Assembly: GCA_963832165.1 (NCBI GenBank)
Contig: CAWHTE010000004.1
Location: 448,001 to 512,000, forward strand
Direction of reading: 5' to 3'
Length of the DNA stretch: 64,000 bases
Source: an uncultured delta proteobacterium
GTDB lineage: Bacteria; Myxococcota_A; UBA9160; SMWR01
The notes below the pieces were generated by a model. That model searched no databases and was not told the DNA's origin. It saw only the letters and a list, made by a program, of their open reading frames with translations. Positions 31,683-43,500 of this stretch are shown one piece after another. Position 1 is the stretch's first letter. The number at the start of each line of letters is the position of its first letter. The position numbers and the translations under genes were made by a program.

Positions 31683-32351
31683 TCAGGAAGCCGGCTTCGG
31701 CGGGGGCAGATCGAGCGGCGTCAGCCCCTCGCGGATCGCGAACCGGGTCAGCTCGGCCACGTTGTGGAGGTCGAGCTTCCTCATCACGTTGCGGCGGTGC
31801 GTCTCGACGGTGCTCGTGGCCACCGAGAGTCGCGACGCAATCTCCGCCGACGTGAGTCCTTCGGCCAGCAGCTGGAGCACCTCGCGCTCGCGCGGCCCCA
31901 GGATCTCGTACGCCGACGCCGCGTGGGGCGCGCGGCTTGCCGCGTCGACGACGTCTTCGGTGACCTCCGCGCACAGGTACTTGCGGCCGCGGAGGACGGC
32001 GTCGAACGCGCGTCGCAGATCGTCGTAGGCGTTCGCCTTGAGTACGTATCCGGACGCCCCGGCGTCGAGAATCGCCTGGACGTAGCGGCGGTCGGAATGA
32101 CTCGACAGCGCCACGACCTTGACGGCGGGACTCTCGCCGCAGATCTGGCGCGTGGCTTCGATTCCATTCATGTCGCGCATCGCGACGTCCATCACCACCA
32201 CGTCGGGCCGGAGCTCTCGCGCGAGCCGGACGGCCTCCCGACCCGTGTCGGCCTCTCCGATCACCGAGAGTCCGGCGTCGGCGTCGAGGATCGAGCGCAG
32301 GCCCTCGCGCAGCAGGCGGTGATCATCCACCAACAGAATTGTCGTCGTCAT
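31683..32351 (-). CDS. NarL/FixJ-family response regulator
   Basis: ILLVDDHRLLREGL, PDVVVMD and LuxR HTH (REREVLQLLAEG...TVETHRRNVMRKL). Confidence 0.95.
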   Translation of the reverse strand: MTTTILLVDDHRLLREGLRSILDADAGLSVIGEADTGREAVRLARELRPDVVVMDVAMRDMNGIEATRQICGESPAVKVVALSSHSDRRYVQAILDAGASGYVLKANAYDDLRRAFDAVLRGRKYLCAEVTEDVVDAASRAPHAASAYEILGPREREVLQLLAEGLTSAEIASRLSVATSTVETHRRNVMRKLDLHNVAELTRFAIREGLTPLDLPPPKPAS

Positions 32352-33949
32352 CGCTTGTCTCCACTCCACGGTAGAGAGATCCGGCAGGTCGTACCCTGAC
32401 CGCGCCGCGTCTCGATTTCCAGACTACCACCCAGGCTCTCGATCCGATTGCGCAGGCTGACCAGACCGAACCCGTGCATCGGCTCGCTCGGCTCGAATCC
32501 CCGCCCCGCGTCGATCACGCGCAGCTCGATCGCGTCGTCGCCAGCCTCGAGCTCCACGCATGCCCGTGCCGCGCCGGCGTGCTTCGCTGCGTTGATGAGC
32601 AGCTCGCGAAGACCGCGGTAGAGCGCGACGCGAGTCACCTCGTCGATCGCTTCGACCGCGCCGTGCGTTTCCAGCTCGACGTGCAGGCCATACTCTCTCT
32701 CGATCTTCTCTGCGAGCTGCTCGGCCGCCGCGGCCCACCCCACGTCGAAGAGCAGCACCGGACTCAGCTCGAAGCTCAGCGAGGAGATCCGCTGTCGCGC
32801 CTGGTTAGCGAGGCCGTGAATCTCTCCGAGCGCGCGGGCGTGGCCTCCCGCGAGCGCATCCTCGAGCGCACGCAGCTTGATCGCGAGCAGCGACATCAGC
32901 TGGCCAACGTCATCGTGGAGATCGGCCGCGAGCATGCGGCGCTGCTCTTCCTCGGCCATCTCCGCGCGAGCGGCCGCGTCGCGCACGCGGAGCTCGGCGC
33001 GGCGCAGGCTCGAGCGATCGTCGACGAGCTCGTAGTAGCCGCGGACACTCCCGTCGTCCGACCGGTCCGGCGCAAAGACGATCGAAACCCAGCGCTTCCC
33101 TGCGACGGCGAACGAGGTCTCGCCCTCGAATCGGGTCGTCGTTCCTGCGAGCGCGGCTCGCACGTGGTCTCGTACCTGGGCGTAGACCGGCGTCCCGAGG
33201 ATCTCGTAGATCGGACGGCCCTGAATCTCGGTTGCGCCGAGGCCGTGCCAGCTCGCGAAGCTCGCATTGCAGAACTGGTAGCGCTCCGACGCGTCGACGT
33301 AGGAGACCGGGATCGGGAGCGCGTCGGCCATCAGCCGCCGTTGATGCTCGCTCTCGGCGCGATCGTATTCGGCGCGTCGCCGCGCGGAGAGGTCGAGCAG
33401 CGCGATCAGGAGATGGTCCTGCGGCTCCCCGGACAGCCGCGCGAGGCTCGCGTGGAGCTCGACGGGCGTCGACGGAATGCGCCCGGTTGCCCGCAGCTCG
33501 ATCTCGATCGGACCGGGCCGCTTGCCGTCGAGCAGCGCCCGGCGGTGCAGGAAGTAGGCGTCCTGGCTCGGCGCGGAGACGAACTCGCTCAGCTTGTGCG
33601 AATCGACCTCGGCGGGACTCCCGTCGAGCAGGGTGAGCGCGAACCGGTTGGCGCTGCGGATCCGACCGTCGAGGTCCAGCTGCAGATACGCAACGGGGGC
33701 GTTCTCGAACAGATCTCGGTAGCGCCGCTCCGACGCCGCGAGTGCCTCATGGGATTCCTCCAGCGTCATCTGGACGCGGCGCAGCTCCTCGTTCTGGAGC
33801 TCGAGCTCGATCTGGTGCACGCGGAGCTCGTGGAAGAGCTCGCGGAACGCACCCTTGCTGTGCGCCGGGAGCACGCCGGTGTCGCGCTCGGCGAGGCGGC
33901 GCTCGGCGAGCCGGCGCAGGGTCGCGATTTCCCGAGACGGTTCAGCCAT
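32348..33949 (-). CDS. PAS-domain sensor histidine kinase (HisKA_3)
   Basis: HELRVHQIELELQNEEL coil, two PAS domains, LAADLHDDVGQ, NAAKHA, DAGRGF and GFGL. Confidence 0.92.
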   Translation of the reverse strand: MAEPSREIATLRRLAERRLAERDTGVLPAHSKGAFRELFHELRVHQIELELQNEELRRVQMTLEESHEALAASERRYRDLFENAPVAYLQLDLDGRIRSANRFALTLLDGSPAEVDSHKLSEFVSAPSQDAYFLHRRALLDGKRPGPIEIELRATGRIPSTPVELHASLARLSGEPQDHLLIALLDLSARRRAEYDRAESEHQRRLMADALPIPVSYVDASERYQFCNASFASWHGLGATEIQGRPIYEILGTPVYAQVRDHVRAALAGTTTRFEGETSFAVAGKRWVSIVFAPDRSDDGSVRGYYELVDDRSSLRRAELRVRDAAARAEMAEEEQRRMLAADLHDDVGQLMSLLAIKLRALEDALAGGHARALGEIHGLANQARQRISSLSFELSPVLLFDVGWAAAAEQLAEKIEREYGLHVELETHGAVEAIDEVTRVALYRGLRELLINAAKHAGAARACVELEAGDDAIELRVIDAGRGFEPSEPMHGFGLVSLRNRIESLGGSLEIETRRGQGTTCRISLPWSGDKR

Positions 33950-36913
33950 CGCGTGCGACCTCGCTCGGGTGTGCGTTCGTCGTGTCTTCGATCGCGAGCA
34001 GGATCAGCCCGCTCGGCCCCGAGCGCCGAGCGGTCGACGCGGCGGGCATTCATGAGCAGCCGGCGCCGCCCGATGCGCGGGAACTCGTGCTCGAGCTCGA
34101 AGTCGTCGAAGCTCCGGTTCTCCGGAACGATCCGCTCGAGCAGGTCGCGCAGCGCAGGGACGTCCCACGCGCGGTCGCCGAGCTCGAACACGGAGCGGCC
34201 CTCCGCGTCGCCGGGCTGCATCTGGAAGTGGCGGTAGAAGGCGCGGTTCGCGCGAACCACGCGCAGCGCCGAATCGAGCACGAGGAACGGGTCGCGAACC
34301 GTTGCCAGCAGATCCCTCTCGAGCTCGCCGGCCACCTGGGCCAGCTCGGCCTGCTTCGCGCGCGTCGTATCGACGAACACGATCGCGAGCCCCTCGATCG
34401 CGTTGCGCGCGGTGCGATAGGGAGTGATCCGCGTCGTGTACCAGAGGCCCTTCTCCGTTCTCACCTCCTTCTCCGACGGCGTCAGGGTATTGATGACGTT
34501 CTGAGCGGCCGTCGAGCAGGTCCGGGTATCCGAGCGGGGCCACCAGGTTTGCCAGCGGCCGTCCGATGTCCGTGGCGACGAGCGGGATCAGCCGCTGCAC
34601 CGCGGGTGTGAAGCGCCGGATGTGCAGCTGCTCGTCGAGGAACACGATCGCGATTCCCGTAGCGGCGAGCAGGTTCGTCAGGTCGTCCTGGGACTGCGCG
34701 AGGCCCTCGACCTTGGCGTGGAGATCGGCGTTGGTCGTCTGGAGCTCCTCGTTGAGCGACTGGGTCTCCTCCTTCGACGTCCGCAGCTCTTCGTTCGTGC
34801 TCTGCACCTCCTCGTTCGCGGAGGCGAGCTCCTCGTTGGTGGCCTGGAGCGCTTCGATCGTGCTCTGAAGATCGCCTCGCGTGGAGCGCAGCGTGTCTTC
34901 GAGCTCGACGATCCGATCGTCCGACGGGGGTTCGGGCTCCGACGACGGCTCGGGAGCCTCGGGCTCGCGCTCACCCAGCCGATCGAACGTGATCAGCAGA
35001 GCGGAATCCGGTAGCCCGGGCGCCGGCAGCCGCGTGACGCGCACCAGGACTTCGATGAATCCGCCGTTGCTCCGGACGCGCGCGTTGCGCTCCGCGACGC
35101 CCTGCTCTCCGCGGAGGACGGCACGCATGGCCGCGGAGAGCGGTCCGCGCAGTCCGCGGCGCGCCATGTCGAGCACGTTCAGGTTCGGGGCTCCGACCGG
35201 GGGCTCGAGGAAGTCTCCCGTGCGCCCGTGGATCTGCGAAATCTGTCCGCGCTCGTCGACGAGCACGGCGGGCGGCGCGTAGCGATCCGCGAGGTGGCGG
35301 CGGAGCAGGTCAGCCGGTGTGAAGCCACGCGGCGGCTCCGCACCGGGAATCGGCCTCGGCAGCGTCAGGTTCGGAACGCTCGTCCGAACCGGCCAGTTCG
35401 CCGGGGGGCGGCGCAACGCAGCGGATCCCGCGCACCGGAACAGCTTCCAGTGACGGTCGATGGAGGTGAACAGCTCGTCGAAGCCCGTGACGCTCTCGGA
35501 CGAACCGAGCAGCAGCAGGCCGCCCGGATTCAGGCTGTAGTGGAACAGCGGAAGGATCCGCTTCTGCGCCTCGGTCGTGAAATAGATCAGCACGTTCCGA
35601 CACGAGAGCAGATCCAGCTTCGTGAACGGCGGGTCGCGCAGGAGGTTCTGCACCGCGAACACGACCGTCTCCCGCACCTGGCGCTCGACCACGTAGGAGC
35701 GTTCCTCGCGGTGGAAGAAGCGCGCGAGCCGCGTCGGCGCCACCTCGGCGGCAATGCCTTCCGGGTAGCGCCCAGCCCGCGCCGTCTCGATCGCGAGCGG
35801 GTCGGTGTCGGTGGCGAAGATCTGGAGCTGCACGCGCGCCTGCGCGCGCTCGATCTCCTCGAGCAGCAGGATCGCGATCGAGTAGGCCTCCTGCCCGGTG
35901 GCACAGCCCGGAACCCAGACGCGGAGCACGCCATCGCTGCGGTTCGCGACCAGCTGCGGCAGTGCCTGCTCGAGCGCCTTGAACGCGTCCGGATCGCGGA
36001 AGAAGCCGCTCACGCCGATCAGCCAGTCGCGGGCGAGGCCGGCGAGCTCCTCGGGGCTCTCCTCCAGGAAGCGCGCGTATGCGGCCAGATCGCCGAGCTG
36101 GTGGAGCTGGAGCCGCCGCTCGATCCGCCGCTCGATCGTGCCGCGTTTGTACTCGGAGAAGTCCTGGTTCGTGTGCTCCGCCACCAGCGCGATGATCCGC
36201 TCCAGCGAACCCTCGGCGCGCAGCTTCTCCGCGGGTGCCTTCCCAGCGGTTATCGCGTGGCGCGTGTGCACGAGCAGGCGCGCGGCGATCTGCTCGAGCG
36301 GGAGCGCCAGGTCGACCGTGCCCGTGGCGATCGCGCTCGCCGGCATGCCGGGGAACTCCGCCGTCTTTGGATCCTGGGCCAGCGTGAGTCCGGCGAGGTC
36401 GCGAATCGCCGCGAGGCCGAGCGTGCCGTCCGCACCGGATCCCGACACCACGATTCCCACCGCGCGATGCTTCTGGTCCTGCGCGAGGCTCCGGAAGAAG
36501 AAGTCGATCGGCAGCGGCGTGTGCAGGCGTGCGATGCGCCCCTCGTGTCTCAGCACTCCGTCGTGCACGCCGAGGTACTGACCGGGCGGGGCGACGTAGA
36601 CCGTGCCGGCCTCGACCACCGAGCCGTCACTCGCCTGGGAGACGGTCATCGAGGTCGCCTTGGCGAGGATCTCCGCGAGCAGACTCGGCACGGTCGGATC
36701 CTGGTGACTCACGATCACCACGGCGAGGCGCGCGTCGGCGGGCAGGTGACGCAGGATCTCCTGGAACGCGGCGAGGGATCCGGCGGATCCCCCGATCCCG
36801 ACGATCGGGAAGCCGAAGTCAGCCGACGGCAAGGTCGGAACTGCAGGCTCCGACGCCGCGCTGGATCGGCGGCTCTCCGCTTCGCTGGGTGCCTTTGCGC
36901 GGGGGTTCGCCAT
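33942..36913 (-). CDS. CheB methylesterase-CheR methyltransferase-PAS fusion (frameshifts near 34510 and 34010)
   Basis: IVGIGGSAGS, PIDFFFRSLA, SGSGADGTLG, RVWVPGCATGQEAYS, CRNVLIY, NEEL coiled-coil repeats and PAS tail. Confidence 0.92.
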
Positions 36914-36970
36914 TTCCCCCTCAGAGTAGGTCGGGATCTTCAGCGCGCTGCCTCCGAGCGGCGGCGGGGG

Positions 36971-37210
36971 TCAGCCGTCGATCAGCCAGCGCACCGCCCG
37001 CACCACGAGCCAGACGTACGCAACCGAATAGATCAGTGCGGATCCTGCGACAGCGAAGCGCTCGGCGTGGGCGCGCGGAGTGCGCTGCGCCCGGCCGGAC
37101 ATTCCGGCGAACGGTCTCCAAGGGGGCTCTTCAACCACCCATCTTCGGGGAGGGTCTACCACGTACAAGCCGTAGCGATCTCGAGCGGTCGAGCCGCCTG
37201 GGGGGTGCAT
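36971..37210 (-). CDS. Possible small membrane protein
   Basis: Short ORF with a C-terminal hydrophobic helix; no recognised motif. Confidence 0.3.
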   Translation of the reverse strand: MHPPGGSTARDRYGLYVVDPPRRWVVEEPPWRPFAGMSGRAQRTPRAHAERFAVAGSALIYSVAYVWLVVRAVRWLIDG

Positions 37211-37389
37211 CGAATTACTCGGAATGTTGGGCGCGCACCGATCAGCTTCGTTCACGAGCGCGCACACGAGCATCCCCGAATCCGGGGATTCGCAGCGCCG
37301 GAAGTAGGGTGGGGATGATTCGCGTGCCTAACGGTCTCTGTGGCCGTGCACGCGCAGTGAATTCCCCCGATCTCTGTTAGGGTGGAGGC

Positions 37390-38281
37390 ATGGTAACCCA
37401 AAGCCTCCGCTTCGAGCGCTGCGCCCCTCGTTCCGCCGGGCCCGGACTCGCTGTCCTGGCGTTACGCCGGTGAGATGCGCGCTGCGCTGCTGTTGCCGCG
37501 CGCGGCGCTGCTCGAGGCCATGCACCCCGTGGTCGGCGCGGGCCTGTCCGACTTCTCCACCTTCATGTCCGATCCGTGGGGCCGCGGGTTTCGCACGCGC
37601 GAGTCGATGATCACGTCGACCTATGGCGGGCCGGCCGCGGTCGCCGAGATGGCGCGCATCCGCAAGCTGCACCGCAAGTTCAAGGGGACCGACGAGCAGG
37701 ATCGGCGCTATTCCGCGCTCGATCCGGAGGCCTACACCTGGGTCTGGGCCACGGTCTACCAGGCGGTCGCCGATTCGCGGCTCCACTTCGCGCGGCCGCT
37801 CAGCGCCGAGAAACAGCGACGTCTCTACGCCGAATGGCGTCAGTCCGGCCGCATGCTCGGCATCCGCGAGCAGCACATGCCGCCGGATCTTCCGTCGCTC
37901 GAGGAGTTCTCCCAGAAGATCGTGCTCGAGCGTCTCGAGAAGACGCCGTACAGCCGCGATCTCGTGCGCTTCCTGCGCGGCGGGCCCACGATGCCGCCGC
38001 CGCCGGGCTGGTTCCTGCCCGAGCTCGCGTGGGGAGCCGGCCGGCTCGCGATCGGGGGATTCCTGTCGACGATCACGCTGGGCCTCTTGCCTCCCGAGGC
38101 GCGCGAGATCCTCGGCGTGCGATGGACGCGGCGCGATGCGCGCCGACTCGACCGGATCACGCGCCTCGTGCGCGTCACCGTGTCGCGGTTGCCCGCCGCG
38201 CAGCGCTATCACCCGCGCGCCTGGGCGGCGATCCAGGAAGGCCCGCGCGAAGGTTCGCGCGCGCGCGCCGACGCGGCCTGA
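37390..38281 (+). CDS. MpaB/DUF2236-family oxygenase (frameshift near 37420)
   Basis: GPDSLSWRY, MHPVVGAG, IRKLHRKFKG and YSALDPEAYTWVWAT; GGAGG RBS. Confidence 0.85.
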
Positions 38282-38295
38282 TCGCTCTCAGCTTC

Positions 38296-40054
38296 TCAGC
38301 TCACACGCACCTCTCCCGAGCGATAGACCGCGAGCGGCGGGCCGCTCGCGCGCAACCCCAGCTCGAAGCGCAGCCCGTCCGGCGCGACCCCGGTGCAGCG
38401 CAGCACGCGCGCGTGTACGCCGCACAGGTGGTGCCAAGCGCACAGCGTGGTGAGATTGGAACAGTCGTCTGCACCTCCCGCGGAGCGGAACACCACGTGA
38501 TGCTGCTGGAGGTTGCGATACGACGTGCAGCCCGGCACCGTACAGCGCCAGCCGTCGCGCTCGAACACGGCATGGTCGCGCGGCGTGCGCGTCTCGGGTT
38601 TCCACGCCGCGAGCGCGTGGTCGAGCATCGCCTCGAGCGCGTTGCTCTGGTTGCACGGGCGGCCGCGGATGCGCTCGAGCCGGCGCTGCACCGTCGCGAG
38701 CACGGCGCGGAACAGCTGGGCCACCTCGAGCGCGGCGCGGAAGAAGAGGCGTTCGCTCTCTTTTTCGAGGCGTGTGATGGCACCCGTTTGGAGACCCGCG
38801 GGGTCGAGGCTCGCATCGCTCGCTCGGCTCCTGGGCGCGAGGGGAGGCGGCGCCCACTCGCCCCGCGTGAGCGCGCGCGCCACGTCGTCGCCGAGCCGCC
38901 GCACGGAGACGCGCTGCGCGTGCGCCACCCAGACTTCGCGATGGCGAGCCGCCGCAGGCTCGAGCACCAGTGGCACGAGCGCGTGAGCCTGCACCCAGGA
39001 GAGGCGCCCCTCGGCGAACGCCACGCGCAGCGGAGGGCACACCCGCGCCGCGCGCTCGATGCGCAAGAGCGCCCGTGCGCGGCTGGCCGCCATCCCGAGG
39101 CGCTCCTCGGCGTAGGCGTCGAGGCAGCGGAAGCCGAGATCACGATGCAATCCCCACACCACGACGTCGCAGAGCAGCGACGCGACGCGCGCGAGGCCGT
39201 GGGCTTCCAGTGTGCACCGCGCGGCGCAATCTCCGATCGAGCTCGAACGGGTCGCAATCGTCGAGACCCTGCTCGAGCGCAGCGACCTCGGGATCGGGAG
39301 GAAGCGGTGACGCCGGCGGACGCCGCGGCAGGGGGATCGGCGACGGCCCGCCGGTGTCGTCGATCTCATCGCGCGCCGCCTCGCGCGCGGAACCCGGCTT
39401 CGGCTCGAAAGCGCCATCGAGCGGCACCCCGAGAGCACCTCGGCCGCGAGCACCTCCGCGAACGCGCCGTGCGAGAGCACGTGGCCCGCGACTCGGCTCC
39501 CAACCTGGCGTGCCCTCCACCAGCGCGCCCGCGCGCGCGGGGTCAAGACGCAACACGACGCCCTCGCGCTCTTCGCCGTCGCTCTCGGACCCCATGGACA
39601 AGGGCTCTCGCGCGCGCCGATCCACCGCGCGCACCTCGCGCGCGAGTGCCCGCGCGGTGAGCCGGCCGCCCAGCGCCAGCCACTCTTCCTGGTCCTCGGC
39701 CGTCGCCACGCGGCACAGCAATCGAAGCTGGGTCCACCCGATATCGCCCGCGCGGAACGCCGCATCGAGCAAAGGCAGCTCGCCGAGCGCGACGTCAACC
39801 GCCGCCAGATCGCGAAACTCGCGCGCTGAGACCCCCGCTCGCTCGACCGCATAGTCCCCGGACCGCGCGAACCCGAGCCGCTCCCAGCCGCGCAGCGCCG
39901 CTATCCGCCCCGCGACGCGCGCGAGCGCGCGCCGCAGGGCTGCGGGGGCGCGCGCGAAGGCGACCAGCCGCGCCTCCAGATCGAGCGGCTCTCGCGCAAA
40001 CACGGTGCGCCGCAGCGCGGGCCGCGGCGCGACCATCGGAACCACTGCCGACAT
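38296..40054 (-). CDS. HNH endonuclease with two DUF222-like helical modules (about 3 frameshifts)
   Basis: C-terminal VFERDGWRCTVPGC...HHVVFRSAGG...NLTTLCAWHH; alternates between ORFs 39140..40135 and 38296..39852. Confidence 0.8.
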
Positions 40055-40179
40055 CGGACCTCGCTTCGGGGCGAGGACCCCAAGATGGGCCGCGCATGTG
40101 ACGGATGCGGTCACACGCGTCGAGAAAACGGCCATTGAATCCGCGTCGATCGCGATGGAGCGGAGCGAGCTGATCGATC

Positions 40180-40534
40180 GCTGCCCGCGTGCGGAGCCGC
40201 CCTGCGCCTGATCGCGGCAGTCGAAGACCCGGCGATTGCGCGGCGCATCCTCGAATGCATCGGGCTTCCCGCGCGCGCGCCGCCGATCGCCGCCGCAGCG
40301 TCGAGCGATACCTCACTTCGGTCATCGGAGCCCGACGAGAGCTGGGACTACGACCAGACGCCGTCCGCCGACGATCCGTGACCGGAGTGACGGAGTCGGG
40401 CCGCGGCGCCGCTCCCGATCTCACGATGATCGACCCAAGAGGGAGACGTGCGCGCCGAGCTACGCTTGGCCGCCATCGCGCGCGCTCCCGCGGCCCGCAG
40501 GCGATTCGCCGAAAGCGGCGCAGCTTGAAATCAC
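40180..40534 (+). mobile_element. IS91/ISCR-family transposase C-terminal remnant and downstream end
   Basis: Manual translation: CPRCG (one base restored)-AALRLIAAVEDPAIARRILECIGLPARAPPIAAA..., stop at 40381. Resembles the zinc-ribbon/tail motif of IS91-type transposases. No upstream catalytic domain. Confidence 0.6.
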
Positions 40535-43500
40535 GGGTGTTGGTGTGTTTGTTGGTAGTGTTTTTGGTGTGGTTGTGTTGGTGTGATGAGATGGGTTGTT
40601 GGGAGGTGGTTTGTGGGTGAGTGTGTGTTGATTGATGATGTGTTGTGTTGTGTATGTTGTGTGTGTATTGTTTGTTGATTGGTGGAGGGATATGTTTGGT
40701 ATTTGTGTGAGTTGTTTGTGAGATAGTTAGTTATGTGTTTGTTGAGGTTTTAGTTGAGTGATAGAGTTGAGGTGAGTTGTGTGTGTAGGTGTTTAGTGTT
40801 GTGTTGTGTATTGTGAGATGATTGTTAGGATGTTGTGTATGTTGTATGTGTGTGTTTGAGTGATGTGAGTGTGATGTGATGGGTGATAGTGTTTGATGGT
40901 ATGATTGTGTGATGTGGTAGGGTGGTTGAGATTGAGTGTTGTGTGTGAGTCTTGTGATGAGCGCGAGAAGATAAGAAAGTAGGTGTAGATAGTCGGCGGG
41001 TAGGTTTGAGAGTGAGTTTGAAGGTGTGTGAGAGTGATGTTTGAGGGTTATGGTGTTGATTTAGTAGAGTTGTGTGATGTAGGGTTTGATTGTTGTGTTA
41101 AGTGTATATTAGTGTTGTGTGAGTGCGCGCGTGACAGAGTTAGGAGTTGTTTAGAGATTGGGTATATGTTATTGAGTATTGTTGTGTGATGTGAGAATGT
41201 TGATGTTATTGGGTGTGTTAATAAGATTGTGTTTGGTGTGTGTGTTGTGTTTTGTGAGTATTTGTGGGTATAAAGAGTGAGTTGTTTGTTTTGAGTGAGT
41301 GTTATTTGTGTGAGTTTTGATGTGTTGTAAGTTAGGTTGGTGATGAGAGAGTGTTGTTGGTGTGATGGGATAAGAGTGTGTTGTTGTTGATATGGTGTGA
41401 GAGTAAATGTTTATAAAGATTTGAGTTTGTGATAAGAGTATAGTTGTGATTGTATTGTTGAGAAGTTGTGAGTTTAGAAGAGGTAGAGTGTGTTTAGGTG
41501 ATGAGAGTGTTATGTATGTAGGTTAAAAGAGTGTAGGTGAATTGTTTATGTGTGGTAGTATGTATTGTAGTTTAGAGGTATTGAGTGTTTTATGTTGTTG
41601 TTAGGATGTGTGAGAGAGTGATGGTTGGACAAAGATAGGTATTATGTTTAGTAGTGTGTGTGACACGTTGAAGTATTTGAGTTAGTGTATTGAGAGTGTT
41701 GTTATGTATTAGTTTTGATATTTATGTTGAAGTTGATTATGTTAGTGTTGTTTTGTAAGTTTTGTATTGAATATTTTTAGTTGTTAAGAGTTTGTTTTGA
41801 GTGTTGTGTTGTGTTGAGTATAGTGAATTAGTTGATGAGTTTGAGTATGTTGTTTTTTTTTTTAATAGTTTGTTTGGTGTAGTAGTGTGTGTTAGTGTGA
41901 AGATTGAGAATTAGAGTGTTAGTAGTATAGATTGTTTATTTTATGTTGTTGTTAGGGTTGTAGGTTGTTTGTTGTGAGTTATAAGATGAGTAGTTTGTTG
42001 TTAATGAGTTGTTGTTGTTGTTTTTGTTGTGTATGAAAGAGATGAAGTTTAGGAAGATGAGTTTGTTTGTGGTATATTGATGAGAGTGATTAAAGTGTGG
42101 TAAAGTGATTGGTTGGGTGGTTTGTGAGTATTTGTTATGTATGTGTGTTTGAGTTTTTGTGAGTTTAGATGTAGTATGAGAAGATGTAAGTGTTAGTAAA
42201 GTTGTAGAGATGAGTTGAGAGTGTGTTTTGTGAGTTTGTGTTGTAGATGTTGTGAGTTGTTGAAGGTGGGAGTAAGAGTGTTAGTTTAGTGTGATAGTGA
42301 AGAGTTGAGAATGTATGTGAAAGAGATGAGAGTGGTGTATGATGTAATGGTATTAAGAGAGAGTGTTGATGAGTTGGGTTAGTATTGTTGATAGAGAATG
42401 GAGTAGTGTGATGGGTATAAAAGAAGGAGTGTTAAAAGAATGGAAAAGTGAGGTAAGAAGTGTGAGGGTAGGAAGAGTAGGAGTCGGGGCCCAGCGTTTT
42501 TTTTTTTTATATTTATTTATTGTGTTTTTTTTGAGTTTATTTTTTTTTGTGTTGTTTTGTTTGTTTTTTTTATTTTTTTGTTTGTATTTTTTTGTTATGT
42601 TTTTTGAGTTTTTTGTTTTGTTTTTTTGTATTTTGATGTTTGTTTTTGTTGTTTGTTATTTTGATGTTGTTTTTGTTTAGTGTTTGATGTTATTGAGTGA
42701 TGATTTGATGATGATTGTGAGTTTGTTTGGGTTTTTTTATTGTTGTTATTTATTTTTTTATTGTTTGTTGTGTTTATGTTTTTAGATGATGAGGTGTGTT
42801 TGTATAGATGAGTTTTTGATTGTGTTTGTTAGTTTGTTTGTTTTAGGTGTTTGTTTTGTGAGTGAGAGGAGTAGTGGTTTTTTGTGTTTTTTTGGTTGGT
42901 AGTTTTTGTGTTTTTTATTTATTTGTGTTTATAGTTGTATGTGGTGTTTTTAGTTGTGGTTGAGTTGATATTTTTGAGTGATGTGTGTTGGTTAGGTGTT
43001 TGTTTTATTTTTGTTTTTAGTGTGAATTTGAGTGTGTGAGTGTTATGTTTTTGTTCCGTGTGTATGATTGAGTGTGTTGAGTGTTGTTGTTTATTTTGTG
43101 TTAGTATGAGAGGTGTATGTGATGTGTTTGTTGTGTATTTGTGTATTATGTGTTGTATTTATGGATGTGATGTGTGTATGTGTTGTATTTTTTGTTGATG
43201 TTTTGAGTGTATTTTGTAGTGTGTTTGTTTTAGTTTTGAATGTTTGTTTGGTTTAGGGTATTTTTGAGAGTTATTGTGAAGTATATTATTGAGTGTTATT
43301 GATATTTGTTTGTTGTTTTGTTGTTGTTATTTGATTGTATGTTGGGTGTTTTTGTAGATGTGTTTATTGTTGTTGATTTATTTATGTGAGTTTGATTATG
43401 TATGTGTTTTTTGTGTTGAGTGTTGGGTATTTTTTTGTGTATGTGATTTTAGTTGGAGATGTATATGTTTAGGTTTGGGTATTATTTTTTTAATGATGTT

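Noticed and set aside
34730..34870. Repeated CTCCTCGTT-like units suggesting a DNA repeat array
   Set aside because: They encode the NEEL heptads of the CheB/CheR coiled coil.
42363..42680. 105-aa Phe/Val-rich ORF resembling a membrane protein
   Set aside because: A by-product of the C-free, T-rich composition; no family motif.
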